DNA of 64,000 bases from Bryobacteraceae bacterium (GTDB lineage: Bacteria > Acidobacteriota > Terriglobia > Bryobacterales > Bryobacteraceae): assembly GCA_965229305.1 (NCBI GenBank), contig CBDDIZ010000011.1, positions 236-64,235 of the forward strand, read 5' to 3'. The notes below the pieces were generated by a model. It was not told the origin of the DNA. It searched no databases and saw nothing but the letters and a program-made list of their open reading frames with translations. This document shows, in pieces, positions 51,578 through 58,613 of the stretch; the first letter of the stretch is position 1, and each line of letters begins with the position of its first letter. A program made the position numbers and the translations under genes.

Positions 51578-52145
51578 GCTCGCGCGCCAGGCAGCCCGTC
51601 ACATTGGCGACAGCGAAACTCACCCCATGCAGGTTTGCCTTCGGCGGCCGCCCCGGAATGGGGCGCGGCCAGCCGCAGGCTTCGTAATTCGGCCCGTAGC
51701 GGTCGCGCGGAATGCGGTCGTCCCAACGCACCGCGATCACTCCCGGCAGCGACCCGGGCAGCGTCTCCGCCGCAGCTATCAGGCGAATGCCTAGTTCCGC
51801 CGCGCGCCGCACCCGTTCGGCGAAGCGCTCGCGATGAGCCTCGTTCGGCGTCCCTAACGACAGGTTGATCAAGTCCACCGGCTGCGCCAGCGCCCAATCG
51901 AGCGCCTCGAGCAGAACGTCGATCGAGGTCACCAACTGCTGATGGAAGATCTTGGCGATGTAGAGCTCGGCGTCGGGCGCCTTCTCGCAAATGGCTCCCG
52001 CCACGGCCGTCCCGTGGCCCAGATAGTCCAGGTAGAAGTCGTCCGCCTCGCCAGGCACAAAGCAACGGCCCGCCACCACCCCCGCGATATGGGGATGCCG
52101 CGGGTTCACCCCGCTATCGATCACCGCTACACGGACTGGCGGCAA
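51528..52145 (-). CDS. qhpE: Small subtilisin-like serine protease, QhpE-type (leader peptidase of the gamma subunit)
   Basis: 205 aa. Triad contexts VAVIDSGVN, LGHGTAVAG, HGVSFAVANVTG. Last gene of the qhp operon. Confidence 0.7.
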   Translation of the reverse strand: MPPVRVAVIDSGVNPRHPHIAGVVAGRCFVPGEADDFYLDYLGHGTAVAGAICEKAPDAELYIAKIFHQQLVTSIDVLLEALDWALAQPVDLINLSLGTPNEAHRERFAERVRRAAELGIRLIAAAETLPGSLPGVIAVRWDDRIPRDRYGPNYEACGWPRPIPGRPPKANLHGVSFAVANVTGCLARELTSRAERQSGSGQSAG

Positions 52146-53752
52146 TGCACGCGCCCTTCCCGCAACTCCAGCACCTCGCCCATAGCCTGCTCCGGCTGAT
52201 GCGTAATCAGCAACGTGGTGCGGCCCTGCGCCGCCCGCTTCAGCGTCCCCATCACGTCGGCCGCCGTCGCGGCATCCAGGGCGGCCGTGGGTTCATCCAG
52301 CAGCAACACCAGGGGTGCGCGCAGCAACGCCCGCGCCACCGCCACGCGTTGCCGTTCGCCGGCGGAAAGCGCCGTGCCCCGTTCGCCGGCCATCTGGTCC
52401 AGCGGCAAGCTCAAGGCCGCCTCGCGCGCCGCCCGCTCAATCTCCGCGACGGCCGCCTGCGGGCGCGCGTAAGCGATGTTATCGGCCATGGTCGTGTTGA
52501 ACAGAATCGGTGTTTGCTCCACGATGGCGATCTGGTCTCGCAGCACGGCGAGCGGCCATTCCCGCAAGGGCCTTCCGTCGAGCAGAATCTCGCCCGAGGT
52601 AGGGTCGTAGAGCCGGGCCAGCAGATCCACGAGAGTCGACTTGCCGGCCCCGCTCGCCCCCAGCAGCGTGTACGCTTGGCCGGCCTTCAGGCGAAAGCTG
52701 GCCCCCGTCAAGACGCCTTCGAACTGCACCTCGCGGAACTCGATCTCTCCTCTGAGAGGCGCCGCCGCGCCGCCGGGGTCGCGCACCTCGACGGGCAGAT
52801 CGAAGACCTCAAACACCCGCCGCAGCGACACCGCGCCGGTGACCAGGCCGCCATAGAGCGACATCAGGCTTTGCACCGGCCCCAGCAGACGGCCATGGTA
52901 GGCGAGGAAGGCGATCAACGCCCCCAGCGTCATCGTGCCGTCCAGCACCTGCTGGCCGCCGAGCAGAAACACGGCCGCCGTCGAGAGCGTAACGGCCGTG
53001 GTGGGGATGGCGCCGGCCACGAAGTTCGTCCGCTGCATCCGCAGCAAGGCCTCGACGAAGCCATGGTTCGCTGCCCGGAAGCGTTCGGCTTCGCGCTCCT
53101 GCGCGTTGCTCAGTACGGTGAGCCGCAAGCCGGTGAGCGACTCGATCAGGAAGCTGCCGATCGACGCACTGCGCTCCCGCAGCACGCGCACCTGGCTCGC
53201 GAGCCGATGCTGCATCCGGCGCACCAACCATAACGTCAGCGGCAACACGGCCACGCTCACCGCGAACAGCAACGGACTGAGCCGTAGCATCAGCACCGCC
53301 GCTCCGGAGAGGAACAGGACGTTGGCTAGCAGAGCGAGCAACGTATCGGCGGTGACGCGCTGCACTTCGGCGATGTCGTTGCTCAAGCGCGAGACAAAGT
53401 CACCGAGCCGCGCGTGCGCATGACGCCGCGGCGACAGCGCCTGCAGATGGCGATACATGTCGAGCCGCATAGCGAAGAGCACGGCTGCCGACACGCGCAC
53501 GTAAGCGTAGCTGGAGGCGACGTTCAGCACAAACCCCACGACGGTGAGCAAGGCCATCAACCCGGCGGCCTGCCACAGGGTTGGCATGTCGCGCGCGAGT
53601 AAGCCTTCATCCACCAGGCGCTGATTCAGCAGCGGCACCAGCAGACCCGCGGCCGTAGAGAACAGGCTGAGGAGGATGATGCCCGCCAGCGCCGCGCGAT
53701 GCGGCGTCAGATACGGCAGCACGCGCCGGTACTCGCTAAGCTTGGCTTCCAT
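52127..53752 (-). CDS. qhpF: ABC exporter, fused permease/ATPase (QhpF-type)
   Basis: Six N-terminal TM helices. Walker A GASGAGKST, signature LSAGERQR, Walker B LLLDEPTAALD. Confidence 0.8.
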   Translation of the reverse strand: MEAKLSEYRRVLPYLTPHRAALAGIILLSLFSTAAGLLVPLLNQRLVDEGLLARDMPTLWQAAGLMALLTVVGFVLNVASSYAYVRVSAAVLFAMRLDMYRHLQALSPRRHAHARLGDFVSRLSNDIAEVQRVTADTLLALLANVLFLSGAAVLMLRLSPLLFAVSVAVLPLTLWLVRRMQHRLASQVRVLRERSASIGSFLIESLTGLRLTVLSNAQEREAERFRAANHGFVEALLRMQRTNFVAGAIPTTAVTLSTAAVFLLGGQQVLDGTMTLGALIAFLAYHGRLLGPVQSLMSLYGGLVTGAVSLRRVFEVFDLPVEVRDPGGAAAPLRGEIEFREVQFEGVLTGASFRLKAGQAYTLLGASGAGKSTLVDLLARLYDPTSGEILLDGRPLREWPLAVLRDQIAIVEQTPILFNTTMADNIAYARPQAAVAEIERAAREAALSLPLDQMAGERGTALSAGERQRVAVARALLRAPLVLLLDEPTAALDAATAADVMGTLKRAAQGRTTLLITHQPEQAMGEVLELREGRVHCRQSV

Positions 53753-53755
53753 TCT

Positions 53756-54760
53756 TCAGACCTTGTAGTAGCACATGTAGCCGGAGTGGCAGTGCGCCGG
53801 CGACTCCCGCAGCGCGATCGCGCGCTCAATCACCGTTGGCTTCGGCACCCCAGCCCGCACGCGTTTCACGATATCGGCCACCATCTTGACGCTTGCGAAC
53901 TTCTTGAGGGGCGCGGCTTCGCGGCCCACGATCTTCAGCGACTCTACACCCATCCGCGCCAGGTCCGGAATGGCACACAGGCCGCACGGGCCATAGGGCA
54001 GTCCCTTGGCCGTTGAGCCGCAGCCATTGCCGTTCAGATACCAAACCCACTCGCGATAGTCCTCGAGGTTGCGGCGCAACCAAGCCCGGCGCCGCGTCGA
54101 GAAGTAGCCGCCGTGCCATTCGAACTCCGTCTTCATCTCCGACAGGCTGGTGCAGAAGGCGCCCACCGAATGGTGATGCGTGGTCGCGCAGAAGCCTTCT
54201 TCAAAGGCGCACCCGTCGTTCAGCATGAAGACCTCGATCTCGCACTGGCCACGCGTGGCGGCGGTGAGGTTGCCGATCTCCGCCAAGGTCACCGAGCGTG
54301 GCAGGATGACGCGGGTGGGCCCGAAGTTCAACAGGAAGCGAATCGCCTCGACATTCAAAGCGGCGGCGACGGAACTGACGTGCGCGCCGGCGTGCAACCG
54401 CAACTCGCTTAGGCGCAGCAGCAGGTTGACGTCGGTGACGATGAAGGCGTCGACGCCGCAGTCTTCGCTGAGCCGGGTGGCGAGTTCGACGACTAATTCG
54501 GTTTGCTCGGCCGTGTAATAGGGCGCGTTGAAGGTGACGAACAAGGGCAGGCCGCGCGCATGAGCGGCATCGGCGAGCGCGCGCAGATCGGCGAAGGTTT
54601 CGAGCGAACTGCCCTTCGTGGAGCGGCGGTTCAGCCACACCGCGCCCTGGTAACGTTCGAGCCATTCTCGCGGGACGAAGCCGCAGAAGAGCTCCTCAGC
54701 GCCGGCGGCGTGGAGCATCTCGAGTTCGTCGAGCTCGCGAATGGGGGCCAGGATCTTCAT
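53756..54760 (-). CDS. Peptidase-U32-family protein (UbiU/UbiV/RlhA/TrhP superfamily)
   Basis: MKILAPIRELDELEMLHAAGAEELFCG, GVDAFIVTDVNLL, RVILPRSVTLAEI. EIEVFMLNDGCAFEEGFC resembles the U32 signature E-x-F-x-H-G-[SA]-[LM]-C-x4-G-x-C. Further Cys residues in FCTSL and GPCGLC. Confidence 0.8.
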   Translation of the reverse strand: MKILAPIRELDELEMLHAAGAEELFCGFVPREWLERYQGAVWLNRRSTKGSSLETFADLRALADAAHARGLPLFVTFNAPYYTAEQTELVVELATRLSEDCGVDAFIVTDVNLLLRLSELRLHAGAHVSSVAAALNVEAIRFLLNFGPTRVILPRSVTLAEIGNLTAATRGQCEIEVFMLNDGCAFEEGFCATTHHHSVGAFCTSLSEMKTEFEWHGGYFSTRRRAWLRRNLEDYREWVWYLNGNGCGSTAKGLPYGPCGLCAIPDLARMGVESLKIVGREAAPLKKFASVKMVADIVKRVRAGVPKPTVIERAIALRESPAHCHSGYMCYYKV

Positions 54761-55653
54761 GCGGCTGCCTTCGCTTCCGCTAGCAGCGGGACGCGCGGCT
54801 GGATGTTCAGGCGCCGCACTTGCCCTTGCCGCGCGGCCGTTAGGAGGGACGCCACCAGGGCCGGCGTGTGCGTGTAGAAGTAGGTGTTGCCTTTGAGCCA
54901 GAAGCGCTGGTCGCGGTTCTCAAAGGGCGAGTTGGTATAGCTGTGTTCGAGCAAAAACGTCTGACACTCGTGGCGGCAAGGGGCAGCGGGCTGGAACTTG
55001 TCGGCTTTGGTATAGCCGAGCCCGGCCGCCTGGCAGACGCGGGCCGTGGAGATGAAGCCATAGGGCAGGTACGCGGCCAAGTCGATGCCGGCGCCGAAGT
55101 CGTTACCTTGGGGCAGTCCGTCGATCTCGGCCAGCCGCACATCGAAGCGGCGCAGCATGGCCAGATAGGCGCGATTGTCGAGGTTCGAACCTTGCAGGAC
55201 ACGCAGGGTGGGGCTGGCGGGTGCCTCGGCGTAAAGGCTCATCACGCGCGGGTCGCGCAGGCTCTTGTGGAGCAGGCGGCCTTGTACGGGGACCAGTGCC
55301 GGATAGTCGCGGCGCAGCACATTCAGCACGCCCCAGTCGTTGAAGACGACTTCGTCGCCGGGGCGCAAGCTGGCGAACAGAGGGAGCAGTTTGGCGAGGC
55401 CGCGGTCGCTCACGTAGGGCGTCAGCAGCGTGAAAGGCTTGGGGCAGGCGGCGCGTACGTTCGCGAGGCTCCCGGGGATGAGGTGCTCGCAGAACTCGGT
55501 GCCGTAGAGGTAGCGGTCCACGGGCAGATCGCCCACTTGCGCGGCGACCCCTGTGAGCCACGGCCGCAGCTTCTCGCTGGTTTCCCACCGGAAGGCTTCG
55601 CCGAGAGTGGCGATGCACTCAGCCGAGTCGCGGATGTGGAGCGCGACTTCCAT
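54757..55653 (-). CDS. Divergent U32-like protein (possible partner subunit), otherwise hypothetical
   Basis: 4-nt overlap with the downstream U32 gene. EVVFNDWGVLNVLRRDYPALVPVQGRLL resembles the U32 ...D.A.L.....P... segment. Cys residues in YGFISTARVCQAAG and APCRHEC. The call rests on weak by-eye similarity. Confidence 0.4.
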   Translation of the reverse strand: MEVALHIRDSAECIATLGEAFRWETSEKLRPWLTGVAAQVGDLPVDRYLYGTEFCEHLIPGSLANVRAACPKPFTLLTPYVSDRGLAKLLPLFASLRPGDEVVFNDWGVLNVLRRDYPALVPVQGRLLHKSLRDPRVMSLYAEAPASPTLRVLQGSNLDNRAYLAMLRRFDVRLAEIDGLPQGNDFGAGIDLAAYLPYGFISTARVCQAAGLGYTKADKFQPAAPCRHECQTFLLEHSYTNSPFENRDQRFWLKGNTYFYTHTPALVASLLTAARQGQVRRLNIQPRVPLLAEAKAAA

Positions 55654-55660
55654 GCCTGGT

Positions 55661-56725
55661 TTAGTTCAGCACCGGGACGAGCGAGGTGGTCATGTCGGCG
55701 GCGACATCGATGTCCTTCACCAGTTGCAGAGTCTGGGCATCGTACAGCTCGATCGTGTTGCCGGCGCCGTAGATGATGATGTGCTTGCCATCGGAGGTGA
55801 GGCCGAGGCTGAACCGCGTGCGGCCGGCAAAGGTGGCGCGCTTGACGATTCTGGGACCCGTCATGTCGATGATGACGAACTCGCAGTGGCGGTCGCCGTG
55901 TTCGCCGCTGATGGTGACGGTGTAGCCGGTTTTGCGGTCGGGCGAGAGGCGCAGGCCGGTCATGCCCTGGACGGCGGGCCCGATGGGAGTGAAGTCGATC
56001 TTGCGGGTGCTGAGGTTCAGATGCGCGATGCCCCACATGCGTTTGTGGACGATGGGGTCCGTGCTGTTGAAGATGGCGGTCATCATGCCCGGGGCGTCAT
56101 GCGGGTCGTCGGCGGGCGAAAGAAAGATGGACTCCATGCCGGGGAAGGCTGGGCGCGAGAGCTCGATGGTCTCCACGAGTTTGAAGTCGGCCGTATCGAA
56201 GATGTAGATGTTGTCGCGGAAGACCCACAGGTACTTGCCGTCGGGTGAGACTTTGAACTGCCCTCGGCCGCCGAAGGCGGAGGCTTCTTTGGGGATGTCG
56301 GCGGTACGGACGATCTTCTTCTCCTTGAGGTCAACGACGGCGAACTTGGGCTTATCGACTTCGAAACGGTCGATTTTCTTCTCGGCGATGGTGACGGAGA
56401 GATAGAGGAAGCGATCGGTGGGATCGAGCCCGCCGCCGCCGATGCGGACTTTTTTGTTGGCGGTGCCGAGGGTGAAGGAGTCGATCACTTTGCGGGAGGC
56501 GAGGTCGATGGTTTCGACGCCCGAGTCCCGGGTGGTGACGGCGATGAGCTTTTTGCGGTCCTGCGAGAGGTAGAGTGTCCGCGCGACGTCGGTCTGCAGC
56601 TTGATGCGGTCGACGACGGCGACACGGGCTTCGTCGATCACCAGCAGGTCGCGCGGCCAGCCGCCGACGTACAGGTAGGTGGGGTCGGCGGCGAAGGCAA
56701 GTAAGTAGGTGAGGGTCGTCAACAT
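55661..56725 (-). CDS. qhpB: Quinohemoprotein amine dehydrogenase beta subunit (7-bladed beta-propeller), QhpB-type
   Basis: 354 aa with signal peptide MLTTLTYLLAFAA. All-beta repeat character. Located immediately after the gamma-subunit gene, as in known qhp operons. Confidence 0.65.
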   Translation of the reverse strand: MLTTLTYLLAFAADPTYLYVGGWPRDLLVIDEARVAVVDRIKLQTDVARTLYLSQDRKKLIAVTTRDSGVETIDLASRKVIDSFTLGTANKKVRIGGGGLDPTDRFLYLSVTIAEKKIDRFEVDKPKFAVVDLKEKKIVRTADIPKEASAFGGRGQFKVSPDGKYLWVFRDNIYIFDTADFKLVETIELSRPAFPGMESIFLSPADDPHDAPGMMTAIFNSTDPIVHKRMWGIAHLNLSTRKIDFTPIGPAVQGMTGLRLSPDRKTGYTVTISGEHGDRHCEFVIIDMTGPRIVKRATFAGRTRFSLGLTSDGKHIIIYGAGNTIELYDAQTLQLVKDIDVAADMTTSLVPVLN

Positions 56726-56731
56726 GGTGGT

Positions 56732-57079
56732 TTATGGGAAGACGAGGTCGATGTTGCGCCAGTCTTTGGTGGCGCTGGCGCACTTGGTGGCCCAGTCCGG
56801 GTAGTTGTTGTAATGGTCGGGCACTTGGGCGGGCCAGAAGCAGGTGACGTAGCAGTCGTAAAGGTCGCGTTCGGCGGGCTGGCAGAGACCGGCGGTGCCG
56901 CCGGCGGAATCGACTTCCCAACCGGGCGAAAAGACAATGGAGCAGCCGACGGGATAGTGCGGCCGCGGGGCGGGCGGCCCGTTGCCGCCTTGTTGCAGCG
57001 CGTAGATATCGCCCTGCGAGGCCGCGACGTACTGTTCGATGCGCCGGGCTTTTTTATTGATCGCTTTCAGGTGCTTCAT
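56732..57079 (-). CDS. qhpC: Quinohemoprotein amine dehydrogenase gamma subunit precursor (CTQ- and thioether-crosslinked peptide), 115 aa
   Basis: MKHLKAINKK...GCSIVFSPGWE..GLCQPAERDLYDCYVTCFWPAQVPD. The C-x8-E, C-x5-D and C-x3-C-x-W-x5-D spacing equals the Cys7-Glu16, Cys27-Asp33, Cys37/Trp43 (CTQ) and Cys41-Asp49 pattern recalled for Paracoccus QhpC. Sits between the radical SAM and beta-subunit genes. Confidence 0.8.
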   Translation of the reverse strand: MKHLKAINKKARRIEQYVAASQGDIYALQQGGNGPPAPRPHYPVGCSIVFSPGWEVDSAGGTAGLCQPAERDLYDCYVTCFWPAQVPDHYNNYPDWATKCASATKDWRNIDLVFP

Positions 57080-57089
57080 GCGCGGTGCT

Positions 57090-58613
57090 CTATTGCAGAG
57101 GCTTCCTTTGTTCGAAGTGGTCGAGAAACGAGGGGTTCTGGACGGCGATGTCGCCGTAGATCTGGAGACAAACGTCGGTCCAGCCGCGAATCCAATCGCA
57201 GAAGTGCAGGTTCGGATGGCCGGTGTCGCCGTAGCGGACGAAGGCTTCGTGGTGGCAACCGCCGGCGCACAGCGGCCGGGCGAAGCAGGAGTGGCAATCG
57301 AACTTGGCGGAGATATGGCCGCGGTCGAGAAAGGCTTGCTGCTTTTCGCGATCGAGTCCGCCGGCGAGGACGTTGCCGAGGGCATGCGAGTCCGAGTCGA
57401 CGAAGCGATGGCAGGGAGCGATGTCGCCAGAAGGGCCGACGCCGACGAGGCCTAAGCCGGCTCCGCAAGGGTGCGACTTATTGATGCCCGCGTGGAGTTC
57501 GGCCAGCGTATCGGAGACGTTCGAGAAGCCATGCTGGCGGCCGGCGAGAGCCCAATCGCGGTATTCGGCGGCGAGCTCTTTGAACTGCTCGAAGATCCGG
57601 TCCAGGTGATTCGCTTCGATGGTGTAGAGTCGCTTGGGCGCCGCGGTGACCGGGGCGAAGCCGACCTCGGCGAAGCCGAACTCCTCGCGTAGATGATGGA
57701 AGATCTCTTTGACGTTGGTCACCTGCCGGGTGAGCGTGACGCGCGCGGCGATGGGACGTGTGGAGTGCTGAGCGATGAGCGCTTTCACCTTGGGGGCGAG
57801 CACGTCGTAGCTGCCTTTGCCGTTGGCGTAGACGCGCAGGGCGTCGTGCTGCTCCTTGGGGCCATCCATCGAGACGGTGACGCCAATGCGGTGTTCGACG
57901 AGGAAGTCGATGATCTCGGGGGTGAGCAGGGTGCCGTTGGTGGTGAGCGAGAAATCGAGGTATTGGCCGTGTTCGCGGGCTTTCGCGGTGGCGTAGTCGA
58001 CAACCCATTTCAGGAGCGGGAAGTTCATCAGCGTTTCGCCGCCGAAGAAGGTGAGGTGGACGGCGCGCCGGCCCTGGGCGGAGGCGAAGAGGTGATCGAC
58101 CGAAGCTTGCGCGACTTCGGTGCTCATGAACTTGGGTTTGCCGGAAGGCGTGGCCACCTTGTCCTCGCCGAACTCGTAGCAATATTGGCAGGAGAGGTTG
58201 CACTGGTTGGTGAGGTTCAGCACCAACGACTGCAAGGGGAAATTGGCGACGGGCTCCTGCGGCGGATCCTGGTGGCCTTGCGGGTCGCGGATGGCCCGGG
58301 CGGCGAGCAGATCGGTGACCGCCTCTTCGGCGTCGAGCGGAGTGAGTCCTTCGGCGACCAGGGCCGTCAGGAGTTCGCCAATGCGGCGCGGCTGGTCGCG
58401 GAGGAGGCGCAGGGCGCGGCCGGCGGCGGGAGAGACCGCGAAGATGCCGCCGCTGGGGACGAGGTAGAGAAACTGCGTGCCTTGGGTGGTGAACTCGTGA
58501 AACTCAGCCAGGCTGAGAGGCGCTAACGGGGCGGCCGAGGGGATACCGGTCATTCGCTCACTGGTCATTGGTCCATCGGTCAGGGGGCTGTCGGTCATGG
58601 GGCTGTCGGTCAC
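57090..58613 (-). CDS. qhpD: Radical SAM/SPASM peptide maturase, QhpD-type
   Basis: CNLSCQYCYE radical-SAM cluster motif. C-terminal SPASM Cys clusters (CGAG..C, CHSCFARPLCAGGCHHE). GTG start overlaps the qhpA stop (GTGA). Confidence 0.9.
   Translation of the reverse strand: MTDSPMTDSPLTDGPMTSERMTGIPSAAPLAPLSLAEFHEFTTQGTQFLYLVPSGGIFAVSPAAGRALRLLRDQPRRIGELLTALVAEGLTPLDAEEAVTDLLAARAIRDPQGHQDPPQEPVANFPLQSLVLNLTNQCNLSCQYCYEFGEDKVATPSGKPKFMSTEVAQASVDHLFASAQGRRAVHLTFFGGETLMNFPLLKWVVDYATAKAREHGQYLDFSLTTNGTLLTPEIIDFLVEHRIGVTVSMDGPKEQHDALRVYANGKGSYDVLAPKVKALIAQHSTRPIAARVTLTRQVTNVKEIFHHLREEFGFAEVGFAPVTAAPKRLYTIEANHLDRIFEQFKELAAEYRDWALAGRQHGFSNVSDTLAELHAGINKSHPCGAGLGLVGVGPSGDIAPCHRFVDSDSHALGNVLAGGLDREKQQAFLDRGHISAKFDCHSCFARPLCAGGCHHEAFVRYGDTGHPNLHFCDWIRGWTDVCLQIYGDIAVQNPSFLDHFEQRKPLQ

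Noticed and set aside
57080-57385. N-terminal 102 codons of the 217-aa track ORF 56732-57385
   Set aside because: They overlap the 3' end of the radical SAM gene and translate to low-complexity sequence. Only the last 115 codons (qhpC) make biological sense.
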